Shown: piece after piece, positions 8,626 through 18,285 of the stretch
Layout: every line of letters begins with the position of its first letter
Numbering within the stretch: the first letter of the stretch is position 1
NCBI GenBank assembly: GCA_034420735.1
Contig: DAOULA010000058.1
Coordinates: 13,154 to 77,153, forward strand
Direction of reading: 5' to 3'
Length of the DNA stretch: 64,000 bases
From: Dehalococcoidia bacterium
GTDB taxonomy: Bacteria; Chloroflexota; Dehalococcoidia; Lucifugimonadales; CAJWER01
Notes under the pieces: generated by a model
Told to the model about the DNA's origin: nothing
The model's input: the letters and a program-made list of their open reading frames with translations, nothing else
Database searches by the model: none
Made by a program: the position numbers and the translations under genes

Positions 8626-8737
8626 TCCCCGGCTGGGGTCACTCATGTGTTGGCCCCGCGGCGGCGGCTTGGTATAAAATAGCACCCTGAACAGGCGAGC
8701 CCCGCGCGGGCTCGCCCTTTAGGCTTTGAGGTGCTGA

Positions 8738-11700
8738 ATGTCGCTCGGTGTGCTCGGTCCGCTGCTCGAGGGCTCGCCCGAATTCCGCCGCCTGTCCTCG
8801 GCGCTGGACCGCAGCCGCTTCGGCTCCAGGCTGCAGGTGCTGTCCGAGGCCGCGCCCTTCGCCCTCGCGCAGGTACACCGCGTCTTCGAGTCGCCTATGC
8901 TCGTCGTTGCGCCGCGTCCCGAGGACGCCCGGCGACTCTACGAGCAGGTGCTGCTTTGGGCCGGGGACGAATCGGCGGTGCTGCACTTCCCTGAGACCGA
9001 GACGCTGCCATTCGAGAGGCTCGTCCCCGACGTCGACACGTCCCAGCACCGCATCCGTACGCTGTGGGCCCTGGCGCAGGAGCGGGCGCAGCCTCCCATC
9101 GTCATTGCCTCCTCGACCGCCATCGCGCAGAAGACTATCGGCCGGGACGCCCTCGAGGACAGCGTCCAGACCCTGGAGCGCGGCCAACGCATCGACCTCG
9201 AAGAGACTATCGACTCGTGGCGCAGGATGGGCTACCGGGTTGAGCCGACCGTTGACGTACCGGGCCTCGTGGGCCGCCGGGGCGGCATCGTGGACATATA
9301 CCCCGTCGCCTCGGAAGCTCCCGCCCGCCTGGAGCTTTGGGGAGACGAGATCGACTCGATCCGCCACTTCGACCCGGAGACCCAGCGCTCGACTGACATG
9401 GTCGACTCGGTGACCGTAATTCCCGCACAGGAGACCCTCCCGGGCCTGGTGGACCGCGAGCAGCTCGACCGGATGCTGGGAGCCATCGACATGTCAGGAT
9501 GCAGCGCGGAGACCCGCGACCGGATATCCGGCGAGATCGACATGCTCCTGGAGGGCGTGGAGGCCGAGGAGATCGACTTCTACGCCGGCTTCTTCAACAC
9601 CGGCTCCCTGTTCGACTACTTCCCCCAGGATGCCCTGCTCGTGACCGTGCGTCCCAACGAGGTGGCCGAGGCCGCATGGGAGAATGACGAGCGCACCCAC
9701 GAGCTACGGCAGGTGAAGGAGCGCCGGGGGGAGCTGCCGTACGGCTTCCCCTCGTCCCACCTGCTCAACCGGGAGGTCGACGAGCGGTCCGCTCACGTCG
9801 GCAGGCGCATGGACGTCACGCCGTGGGGGGCCGAGGACCTCGACCACGACGGCGGCTACGCCCTGCCGGTCTCCTCGCCGCCGGACTTTCTCGGCAACCT
9901 CAATGCGTTCGTCGACGAGGCCGAGTCCCTGGCCAATGAGGGCAACCGCGTCGTGGTGGTGTCGTCGGCCTCGAAGAGGATCGAGGAGGTTATGGGCGAG
10001 CTCGGCGTCAGCGCCCAGGCCGTCGACCGGCTCGCCGACCTGCCTCGCCCGGGCTCCATCACGCTGGTGCAGGCCTGGGGCGCCGGGCTGAGCGACGGCG
10101 TCGTGCTGTCGGTCGACGGGCAGAGGCTGTGCGTCTTCAGCGACTCCGAGATATTCGGCATGACGAAGCTGCGCAGGACGTCGCGCCGCCGGGCCGCCAA
10201 GCGCGAGGCCATGCTCTCGGAGCTGAATCCAGGCGACTACGTGGTGCACGTCGAGCACGGGGTCGGCAGGTTCGTCGGGTCGGGACGCGCGTCCCAGGAC
10301 GAGGGCGACCGCGAGTACCTGATTCTCGAGTACGCCAGGGGCGACCAACTCTACGTGCCGATGGAGCACGTGGACCGCGTCACCCCATACGTCGCGCCGA
10401 TGGAGAAGCCGCCGTCGCTCACGCGGCTGGGCACCCAGGAGTGGAAGCGGGCCAAGGAGCGAGTCGCCGAGTCGACCCGCGAGATGGCCGCTGAGCTGCT
10501 GTCCCTGTACGCCTCGCGGGAGCTGGCTGAGGGCCACGCCTACACGCCGGACACCCCCTGGCAGGCTGAGCTGGAGAGCTCGTTCCCATACGAGGAGACT
10601 AAGGACCAGCAGGAGACCATCGTCCAGGTCAAGTCCGACATGGAGCATCCCGTGCCCATGGACCGGCTCGTCTGCGGCGACGTCGGGTACGGCAAGACCG
10701 AGGTCGCGCTCAGGGCCGCCTTCAAGGCCGTGATGGCCGGCAAGCAGGTGGCAGTGCTCGTGCCCACGACCGTGCTCGCCCAGCAGCACTACTCCACCTT
10801 CAGCGAGAGGCTGCAGGCCTTCCCGGTCTCGGTGGAGGTGCTGAGCCGCTTCCGCACCGACGCCGAGCAGCGCGGCGTCGTGGAGGGGCTGGCGGCGGGC
10901 AAGGTCGACATATGCATCGGGACCCACCGGCTGATCCAGAAGGACGTCGCATTCAAGGACCTCGGCCTCGTCATAGTGGACGAGGAGCAGCGGTTCGGCG
11001 TCGCCCACAAGGAGCGCCTGAAGGAGATGCGCCGCGAGGTGGACGTGCTCACCCTCACGGCGACCCCCATCCCGCGCACCCTGCACCTCTCCCTGGCGGG
11101 CGTGAGGGACATGAGCAGGATCGAGACGCCCCCCGAGGAGCGGCTGCCCATCAAGACGTACGTGTCGGAGTTCAGCGATGAGCTGATCCGAGAGGCCATC
11201 AGGCGAGAGATCGATCGCCAGGGCCAGGTCTTCTTCGTGCACAACCGCGTCTACAACATCGACTACATGGCCGGCTACATCCGCATGCTCGTGCCCGAGG
11301 CGGAGGTGGCCGTAGGGCACGGCCAGATGCCCGAGCACGAGCTGGAGCGCGCCATGCTGGGCTTCGCCGAGGGCAGCACCGACGTGCTCGTCTGCACGAC
11401 CATCATCGAGTCCGGCCTGGACATCCCGAACGCGAACGCGCTGATAATCAACCGGGCCGACGCATTCGGGCTCGCCCAGCTCTACCAGCTCCGCGGGCGA
11501 ATCGGCAGGGGGGCGCGGCGCGCGTATGCCTACCTGCTCGTGCCCGCCCACAGGAGCATCAACGAGGTCGCCGAAAAGCGGCTCAAGACGATGCTGGCGG
11601 CCACGGAGCTGGGCGCCGGCTTCCAGATCGCCATGAAGGACCTGGAGATCCGCGGGGCGGGCAACGTCCTCGGCTCCCAGCAGAGCGGGCACATCGCCGC

Positions 11701-12298
11701 CGTCGGATTCGACCTCTACACCAGGCTGCTGAGCGAGGCTGTCGAGTCGCTCCGAGCCCGCATGGCATCCAACGGCAGCAACGGTGCCGCCGAGGGCCCC
11801 AAGGCCGCGCCCGTCGCGCCGGAACCGGCGTCCGTGGCGGAGACGCGGGCCGCCATCGAGCTCGGCATCCCGGCGAGCATACCTGCGGACTACGTCCAGG
11901 ACCTGCCCACCAGGCTCGACGTCTACCGCCGAATTGGCTCGGCCGCTGCACTCGACGACCTGTCGGAGATGGAGGAGGAGATGGCCGACCGGTTCGGGCC
12001 GCTCCCCTGGCAGGTCGAGAATCTGCTGTACGTGGCCAGGCTGAGGCTGAAGGCCGAGGGGGCCGGGATCGAGTCGGTCTTCCGCGACGAGAAGTACGTC
12101 GTGCTGAAGCTGCAAGAGGAGACGGGCGGCGCGAGGAGCGCCCTGCAGCGCGCCCTGGGACGCAGCGTCAGGGTAGGGCACTCCCAGATACGCCTCGATC
12201 TCGGCGCGATCCCGGAAGCCTGGGAGGAAGCCCTCGTCTCACTCATCGACGGCATAGGCGCTTTCCGCGAGCGGCTGGTGGCGGCGGGCGTGGGATGA
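8738..12298 (+). CDS. mfd: transcription-repair coupling factor Mfd
   Basis: 1186 aa. It has a UvrB-homology N-terminus, a CarD-like domain (GDYVVHVEHGVGRF), helicase motifs (GDVGYGKTEVA, IVDEEQRFG) and a TRG motif region. Confidence 0.95.
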   Translation: MSLGVLGPLLEGSPEFRRLSSALDRSRFGSRLQVLSEAAPFALAQVHRVFESPMLVVAPRPEDARRLYEQVLLWAGDESAVLHFPETETLPFERLVPDVDTSQHRIRTLWALAQERAQPPIVIASSTAIAQKTIGRDALEDSVQTLERGQRIDLEETIDSWRRMGYRVEPTVDVPGLVGRRGGIVDIYPVASEAPARLELWGDEIDSIRHFDPETQRSTDMVDSVTVIPAQETLPGLVDREQLDRMLGAIDMSGCSAETRDRISGEIDMLLEGVEAEEIDFYAGFFNTGSLFDYFPQDALLVTVRPNEVAEAAWENDERTHELRQVKERRGELPYGFPSSHLLNREVDERSAHVGRRMDVTPWGAEDLDHDGGYALPVSSPPDFLGNLNAFVDEAESLANEGNRVVVVSSASKRIEEVMGELGVSAQAVDRLADLPRPGSITLVQAWGAGLSDGVVLSVDGQRLCVFSDSEIFGMTKLRRTSRRRAAKREAMLSELNPGDYVVHVEHGVGRFVGSGRASQDEGDREYLILEYARGDQLYVPMEHVDRVTPYVAPMEKPPSLTRLGTQEWKRAKERVAESTREMAAELLSLYASRELAEGHAYTPDTPWQAELESSFPYEETKDQQETIVQVKSDMEHPVPMDRLVCGDVGYGKTEVALRAAFKAVMAGKQVAVLVPTTVLAQQHYSTFSERLQAFPVSVEVLSRFRTDAEQRGVVEGLAAGKVDICIGTHRLIQKDVAFKDLGLVIVDEEQRFGVAHKERLKEMRREVDVLTLTATPIPRTLHLSLAGVRDMSRIETPPEERLPIKTYVSEFSDELIREAIRREIDRQGQVFFVHNRVYNIDYMAGYIRMLVPEAEVAVGHGQMPEHELERAMLGFAEGSTDVLVCTTIIESGLDIPNANALIINRADAFGLAQLYQLRGRIGRGARRAYAYLLVPAHRSINEVAEKRLKTMLAATELGAGFQIAMKDLEIRGAGNVLGSQQSGHIAAVGFDLYTRLLSEAVESLRARMASNGSNGAAEGPKAAPVAPEPASVAETRAAIELGIPASIPADYVQDLPTRLDVYRRIGSAAALDDLSEMEEEMADRFGPLPWQVENLLYVARLRLKAEGAGIESVFRDEKYVVLKLQEETGGARSALQRALGRSVRVGHSQIRLDLGAIPEAWEEALVSLIDGIGAFRERLVAAGVG

Positions 12299-12337
12299 TG
12301 CGGATCGTGGATCGATAGGACCTGGCCGAAGGAGCCG

Positions 12338-13684
12338 ATGCCCATGTACAAGCGATTGCTCGCGCTCGAAGAGGAAGAGATGCCCCTCCGCGTGGCCGTC
12401 GTCGGCTGCGGCCGGTTCGGGTCGATGGTGGCCGCGCAGGTGCTGCGCGCGCCGGGGATGGACCTCTCGGTCGTGTGCGACCTCGACGTCGAGCGCGGTC
12501 TCGAGGTCCTGCGCCTCTCTGGACGCGATCCTGCTGACGCAACAGTGACCTCGAAGGTCGGCGAGGCGAACGACGCGATTGCTGCTGGGGGCATCGTCGT
12601 CACCGGCGACCCGGGAGTAGCAGTCCACTCTGAGGTCGACGTCGTGGTGGAGGCGACCGGCAACCCCGACGCGGGCTCACGCCATATCTACGAGGCGATC
12701 ATGGACGACCGGCACGTCGTCAACGTCACCGTCGAGGCCGACGTGCTCGTGGGCCACCTGCTGAAGAGCATGGCCGACAAGGCGGGCGTGGTCTACAGCC
12801 TCGTCTACGGTGACCAGCCCGGCAACATCGACGAGCTGTACGACTGGGCGGTCAGCACAGGCTTCGAGGTCGTGGCGGCGGGCAAGGGCACGCGGTACCT
12901 GCCCGAGTTCCGTATGGGCAGGCCGGAAGAGGCACTGACCCGCTACGGCCTCACGGACGAGGAGGCCGCCGAGTCCGACCTGAACCCCCAGATGTACAAC
13001 TCCTTCCAGGACGGCACCAAGTCCGCCATCGAGATGTGCGCCGTCGCGAACATGACCGGCCTGGTGCCCGACGTCCCCGGCATGCACCAGCCTCCGGCGG
13101 GCATCGAGGAGATCCCCCAGGTTCTCCGGCCCATCGAGGACGGCGGCATCCTGCACCGGAAGGGCGTCGTCGAGGTCGTGAGCTGCATCGGCGAGGGCGG
13201 CGTCGACGTGCCGAACCCGATGCGATGGGGCGTATACGTCGTCATAACCTCGGACAGCCCTTACCTGCTGGGCTGCCTCAGGGACTACGGCGTGGCGATG
13301 GACTCCACGGGCAAGTACGCGCTGATGTACCGCCCCTACCACCTCGTGGGGATGGAGGCGCCGATCTCCATCGCCAGGGCGGCCCTCTACGGCGAGCCGA
13401 CGGGCGCGCCCGAGTCTATGGTCGGCGAGGTTGCGGCGACGGCCAAGCGCGCCCTGGAGCCGGGCGACGTTCTCGACGGCGAGGGAGGCAGCCTGGTCTA
13501 CGGCTCACTGGTCGAGGCGGAGTACGCGAGGCAGCGGGACCTGCTGCCCATCGGCCTGTCGGACAAGGCCCGGGTCACAAGCCCGGTCGCGCCGGACGCC
13601 ACGCTGACGATGGCCGACGTGGACCTGCCGCCCGACACCTTCGTAGCCCACCTCCGCAAGGTCCAGGACGCCACGCTGGGGTGA
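12338..13684 (+). CDS. NAD(P)-binding oxidoreductase with C-terminal SAF domain (COG4091, homoserine-dehydrogenase-like)
   Basis: It has the Rossmann motif VAVVGCGRFG and a C-terminal SAF-like segment (EPGDVLDGEGGSLVYG). The start follows AAGGAG. Confidence 0.7.
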   Translation: MPMYKRLLALEEEEMPLRVAVVGCGRFGSMVAAQVLRAPGMDLSVVCDLDVERGLEVLRLSGRDPADATVTSKVGEANDAIAAGGIVVTGDPGVAVHSEVDVVVEATGNPDAGSRHIYEAIMDDRHVVNVTVEADVLVGHLLKSMADKAGVVYSLVYGDQPGNIDELYDWAVSTGFEVVAAGKGTRYLPEFRMGRPEEALTRYGLTDEEAAESDLNPQMYNSFQDGTKSAIEMCAVANMTGLVPDVPGMHQPPAGIEEIPQVLRPIEDGGILHRKGVVEVVSCIGEGGVDVPNPMRWGVYVVITSDSPYLLGCLRDYGVAMDSTGKYALMYRPYHLVGMEAPISIARAALYGEPTGAPESMVGEVAATAKRALEPGDVLDGEGGSLVYGSLVEAEYARQRDLLPIGLSDKARVTSPVAPDATLTMADVDLPPDTFVAHLRKVQDATLG

Positions 13685-13779
13685 GTCCAATAGCGTTTGA
13701 CAGGGATGAGGTAAGGTCTAGATGGCGGGCGCTCAGGCACACTATAATCCCAAACACGGAAGACTGAGGTAATTCGCTG

Positions 13780-14970
13780 TTGTCCACGACTACGGTCGAA
13801 GTCAAGCCCGAGATCCTCGTATGGGCGCGCGAAACGGCGGGGCTCGAGCCGGAGGATGCGGTCAAGAGACTCGGCATCCGCGACGCACGGGGGACGGCTG
13901 CCCTGGACCGGTTGACTGCGCTTGAGACGGGTCAAGCTGCGCCTACCCGGCCTATGCTCGTCAAGATGGCAAAGCAGTACCGTCGTCCACTCTTGGCCTT
14001 CTATCTTTCCGAACCGCCCAAGTCCGCTAGCCGGGGCGCCGACTTTCGAACCTTGCCTGCGGGATACTCGGACTCGCAGGCAGCGCAGATAGATGCGCTT
14101 GTTCGGGATCTGTATACCCGCCAGAGCATGGTACGTGCCGTGTTGGAGGACGAGGACGAGGCGGAAGTAGTCGCGTTCGTGGGCTCCGCAGAGATGTCTG
14201 ACGGAAAGCCCGCTGTTCTCAAGTCCCTGCGCAGCCTGTTGGATCTAGACCCAGAAACATACTACCGTCAGCCGAATGTAGAAGCGGCCTTCAAGCTCTT
14301 GCGGGATAGGGCTGGACGCCTGGGCGTGTTCGTCCTGTTGAAGGGCGACCTGGGAAGCTACCACACCGCAATGGATGCGGACGTATTCCGAGGGTTTGCG
14401 CTGGCCGACCCGGTGGCGCCGTTCATCGTCATCAACGATAGGGACTCTCGCGCCGCCTGGTCGTTCACACTCCTTCATGAGATGGTGCACCTCATATTGG
14501 GCCAAACAGGCATCGACGGTGCCAAGGTAGGCACGGATGTAGAACGCTTTTGCAACGATGTTGCCGGAGAGTTTCTGCTACCGGGGGCTGAGCTCGACGC
14601 GCTCGAAATCCCAACTAGCGCAGACCTGGAGGCAAGACAGCGGCTAATTGGCAACTTCGCTCAAGAACGCAACTTGAGCCGAACGATGGTCGCGTATAGC
14701 GCATACCGCCAATCTCTTATGGGACGCGATGAGTTCGAAGCCCTATCCGAAGTCTTCCGCCAGCAGTGGACGCAGCAGCGTCAGCCCACGCAGCGGCAGG
14801 AGGGTGGGCCAAGCTACTACACGCTTCGCCGGCATCGCATTGGGGATGAGCTCATCGGACTTGTACGCCGGACGATGGCCTCCCGCGCCCTCTCGCCGTC
14901 TAGGGCAGCCCGCATCCTTGGTGTTGCCCCGACTCAGGTCTACAGGCTGCTTGAGTCCGACATGGCATAG
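13780..14970 (+). CDS. HTH (XRE-like) + ImmA/IrrE family zinc metallopeptidase
   Basis: TTG start 9 nt after GAGGT. It has an N-terminal HTH-like region and the HEMVH (HExxH) motif in TLLHEMVHLILG. G+C is lower than in the neighbours. Confidence 0.8.
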   Translation: MSTTTVEVKPEILVWARETAGLEPEDAVKRLGIRDARGTAALDRLTALETGQAAPTRPMLVKMAKQYRRPLLAFYLSEPPKSASRGADFRTLPAGYSDSQAAQIDALVRDLYTRQSMVRAVLEDEDEAEVVAFVGSAEMSDGKPAVLKSLRSLLDLDPETYYRQPNVEAAFKLLRDRAGRLGVFVLLKGDLGSYHTAMDADVFRGFALADPVAPFIVINDRDSRAAWSFTLLHEMVHLILGQTGIDGAKVGTDVERFCNDVAGEFLLPGAELDALEIPTSADLEARQRLIGNFAQERNLSRTMVAYSAYRQSLMGRDEFEALSEVFRQQWTQQRQPTQRQEGGPSYYTLRRHRIGDELIGLVRRTMASRALSPSRAARILGVAPTQVYRLLESDMA

Positions 14971-14979
14971 GGCTCTCAG

Positions 14980-15462
14980 TTGCTATATCTGCTTGACGCG
15001 AACGTGCTAATCGACGCAAGAAGAGACTACTATCCGCCCGACAGGGTGCCTCAGTTCTGGCAGTGGCTGGTTGACATGGGCACGCGGGGCCAGATCAGGG
15101 TTCCCAAGGAGATATTCGACGACATCGCGAGAGGCAAAGATGAACTGGTAGATTGGCTGAGACTGAACAGACACACTCTGGTACTGGACGAGTACGCCCC
15201 TAGGGACCTGGTGGCCTACGTAACAGAACGAGGCTATGCCGATGACTTGGCCGATGACGAAATTGAAAAGATCGGCAGTGACGCATTCCTCATTGCGCAA
15301 GGGCTCGTCGATATAGGGAACCGCTGCGTTGTAACGACAGAGTCTTCCAAGCCAACTTCAACCAGAGCGAATCGGCGCATACCAGACGTTTGCCAGGATC
15401 TTCACGTGGAATGCATCGATACGTTCAAACTAATCCGGAGGCTGGATTTCCGCATTAGCTAG
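14980..15462 (+). CDS. DUF4411 family PIN-like protein (putative nuclease/toxin partner of ImmA/IrrE)
   Basis: The N-terminus MLYLLDANVLIDARRDYYPPDRVPQFWQWL and the C-terminal segment RIPDVCQDLHVECIDTFKLIRRL fit the DUF4411 pattern. The start lies 9 nt after the stop of the upstream gene. Confidence 0.75.
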   Translation: MLYLLDANVLIDARRDYYPPDRVPQFWQWLVDMGTRGQIRVPKEIFDDIARGKDELVDWLRLNRHTLVLDEYAPRDLVAYVTERGYADDLADDEIEKIGSDAFLIAQGLVDIGNRCVVTTESSKPTSTRANRRIPDVCQDLHVECIDTFKLIRRLDFRIS

Positions 15463-15516
15463 AGTACGTCCACGATGGCTGCCATTCGTACGATGCTCCG
15501 GTAGCGTTCGTTAGGC

Positions 15517-18285
15517 CTACTCCAAATCGCCCCAGTTGGCGCCTGTCTTTACGTCAACCTCTAGGGGCACCGCCAGGGTCATGGCGGCGGGCATGATCTC
15601 GTCGACCAGGCCCTTCAGCTCGTCCAGCTCGTCCTGGGGCGACTCGAATATCAGCTCGTCGTGCACCTGCAGGATCATCAGCGACCGGAGCTCGCGCCCG
15701 TCCATCTCGGCCTGCAGGCGCACCATCGCCAGCTTCAGGATGTCGGCCGCGGTCCCCTGGATGGGCATGTTGATGGCCATGCGCTCGCCCGCCGAGCGCT
15801 GGTGGAAGTTGGGCGAGCGAATCTCCGGGATGTAGCGCCGCCTCCCCTTCAGTGTCTCCACGTAGCCGTCTTCCTTAACGCTGCGCTTGATCCCGTCGAT
15901 GTAGCTCTCTATCCCCGGGTACTTGCCGAAGTAGGCGTCGATGAACGCCTTGCCCTCGTCCGGCGTCAGCCCTGTCTGCTGGCTCATCCCGAACGGGCTC
16001 AGGCCGTATATCACGCCGAAGTTCATGATCTTGGCGATGCGCCGCATCTCAGGGTCCACCTCGTCTATGCCCACCCCGTACACCGACGACGCCGTCGCCG
16101 CGTGGATGTCCTGCCCGCTCTCGAACGCATCGATCAGGCCCTCGTCCATGGACAGCTCCGCCAGGATGCGCAGCTCGATCTGCGAGTAGTCCGCCGCCAG
16201 CAGCGTCCACCCGGGGTCCTGTGCTATGAAGGCCTGGCGCACCTCGCGCCCCATCTCCGTGCGGATCGGGATGTTCTGCACGTTCGGGTCGTTGCTCGAA
16301 ACGCGCCCCGTCGCCGACCCGGTCTGGTGGTACATCGTGTGGACGCGCCCCGTCTCCGGGTTCACCTGCCCGGGCAGCGAGTCCAGGTAGGTCGACTTGA
16401 TCTTGGTAAGCTGCCGGTACTCCAGCACCCTGTCCAGCACCTCGACGGCCACCGGGTTGACGTCGTCCACAACACCCCTGTTGATCTCCTGCCTGAGCCA
16501 CTCGAGAGACTGTGCGTCGGTGGCGTACCCTGTCTTCCTCTTCTTGGTGGGCGGCAGCCTCAGCTCATCGAACAGCACGTCCCCAAGCTGGCGCGACGAG
16601 CCGATGTTGAACTCGTGGCCCACCAGCTCGTACATCCCCGCCTCGGTCCGCTCTATGTCCCGCTCGAACCGGTTGGACATGGCCGTCAGGTGGTCCACGT
16701 CCACCGCAACACCGTTGCGCTGCATCCGGACCAGCACTGGGATGAGCGGCATCTCGAACTCGGCCAGGGAGCCCGCGACCCCCTTCTCGGCGGTCTCTTT
16801 CGCGAGCGTGTCCCTGAGCTGCCAGGTAGCGTCGGCCCGGCCGCACGCGTGGCCGGACGCGTCCCCGATGGTCGCCTCCGCCATCGTGATCTGCTTCCTG
16901 CCAGTGCCGGTGATGTCCGTGACCGGCTTGAGCTCGATGTCCAGCGACTCCAGCGCCAGCGCCTCGATGCCCACGGCCTTGCGGCCGCCCACATGCGCCG
17001 CGATCATCGGGTCGAAGTCGACGTTGCGCACCGTGACCCCGTGCCGGGCCAGCACCGTCATGCCGTGGTTGGCGTCGTGTGCCGACTTGGGTATCGACTC
17101 GTCTTCCAGCACGCCCCGGACAGCGTCCAGCGCCGCTTCGAGCCCGACCTGCTCGCCCTCCGCGTGTCCGACAGGCACGTACCAGGCGGCGTTCGCCTCG
17201 TTCGAGAAGGCCATGCCCACCAGCTCGCCGTACATGGGATTCATGGCCGTCGAGACCACCTCGAAGGCGAACCCGCCGGGCGAGTTAAGGGCCTCCGCCA
17301 TCTCGCGCAGGCCCTCGGAGGTGTCGACCACCGCGTACCGCGTGTCCCGCTCCTCGGGCTCCGGGAAGAGCTGGGCCTGCGCAGGTTCCCCGTCGCCCTG
17401 CGGGTCCGGGATCCGCGGCACGATGCTGAAGAACTCCAGCTCCTTCAGCTTCTCCAGCACCTCGGCGCGGTCGTAGTTCCACATCCGCATCCCGTCCATG
17501 TCCAGGTCTAGGTCCAGGTTGCGCACGATCGTCGTCAGGAACTTGCCGCGCCGCAGCTCCTCCACGTGGTCGCGTATGCTCTGCTGGGTCCTCGGCGGCT
17601 TGACCTCGTCCAGCCGCTCGATGATCCCCTCGACCGACCCGAACTGCGTCAGCAGCTTGATGGCCGTCTTGGCCCCCACGCCCGGCACGCCGGGTATGTT
17701 GTCCGTCGTGTCGCCCTGCAGCGCCTTGATGTCGGCGACCACCTCCGGGCCGAGCCCGTCGTACCGCTCCTTCACCTTCGCCACGTCGTACATCGTCGTG
17801 CGCTGCACGCTGTAGCTGAGCAGCACCCGCACCCGGTCCGACACCAGCTGGAGCTCGTCCGTGTCGCCCGTCAGCACCACCGTGTCGACGCCCTGCTCCT
17901 CGGCCTTCGCGCACAGCGTCCCCAGCACGTCGTCTGCCTCGTACCCCTCCCGCTCGAGCACGGGTATCCGGAACGCGTGCATGATCTCGCGCACCCGCTC
18001 GACCTGCTGCCGGAGCTCCGGCGGCATGGGCGGGCGCGTGGCCTTGTACTCGTCGTACTCGGCGTGCCTGAAGGTAGGGCCCGACAGGTCGAAGGCGATG
18101 GCGCAGTGCGTGGGCTCCAGGTCCGACAGGTTGCGCAGGAAGGTGTTGAGGAAGCCGTAAACGCCGCGCACCTCCTCGCCGGTCGTCCTGACCGTCATGG
18201 GGTTCTGGATGGCGTAGAAGGCCCTGTACACCATCGCGTGCCCGTCGAGCAGCACCAGCAGCGGCTTGTCGGCCGAACGTGTCAT
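15517..18285 (-). CDS. polA: DNA polymerase I
   Basis: 922 aa. It has a 5'-nuclease domain, a 3'-5' exonuclease-like domain and family A polymerase motifs (DYSQIELR, QVHDE). Confidence 0.97.
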   Translation of the reverse strand: MTRSADKPLLVLLDGHAMVYRAFYAIQNPMTVRTTGEEVRGVYGFLNTFLRNLSDLEPTHCAIAFDLSGPTFRHAEYDEYKATRPPMPPELRQQVERVREIMHAFRIPVLEREGYEADDVLGTLCAKAEEQGVDTVVLTGDTDELQLVSDRVRVLLSYSVQRTTMYDVAKVKERYDGLGPEVVADIKALQGDTTDNIPGVPGVGAKTAIKLLTQFGSVEGIIERLDEVKPPRTQQSIRDHVEELRRGKFLTTIVRNLDLDLDMDGMRMWNYDRAEVLEKLKELEFFSIVPRIPDPQGDGEPAQAQLFPEPEERDTRYAVVDTSEGLREMAEALNSPGGFAFEVVSTAMNPMYGELVGMAFSNEANAAWYVPVGHAEGEQVGLEAALDAVRGVLEDESIPKSAHDANHGMTVLARHGVTVRNVDFDPMIAAHVGGRKAVGIEALALESLDIELKPVTDITGTGRKQITMAEATIGDASGHACGRADATWQLRDTLAKETAEKGVAGSLAEFEMPLIPVLVRMQRNGVAVDVDHLTAMSNRFERDIERTEAGMYELVGHEFNIGSSRQLGDVLFDELRLPPTKKRKTGYATDAQSLEWLRQEINRGVVDDVNPVAVEVLDRVLEYRQLTKIKSTYLDSLPGQVNPETGRVHTMYHQTGSATGRVSSNDPNVQNIPIRTEMGREVRQAFIAQDPGWTLLAADYSQIELRILAELSMDEGLIDAFESGQDIHAATASSVYGVGIDEVDPEMRRIAKIMNFGVIYGLSPFGMSQQTGLTPDEGKAFIDAYFGKYPGIESYIDGIKRSVKEDGYVETLKGRRRYIPEIRSPNFHQRSAGERMAINMPIQGTAADILKLAMVRLQAEMDGRELRSLMILQVHDELIFESPQDELDELKGLVDEIMPAAMTLAVPLEVDVKTGANWGDLE

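Noticed and set aside
9704-12181. 825-aa minus-strand ORF
   Set aside because: It is entirely antisense to mfd, which has unmistakable helicase and CarD motifs. It has no recognisable motifs and its composition is typical of GC-rich antisense frames.
15661-17511. 616-aa plus-strand ORF, plus 16397-17476 and 17566-18666
   Set aside because: These are antisense to or off-frame of polA and the MTase. They are Arg/His/Pro-rich nonsense sequences with no start-site support.
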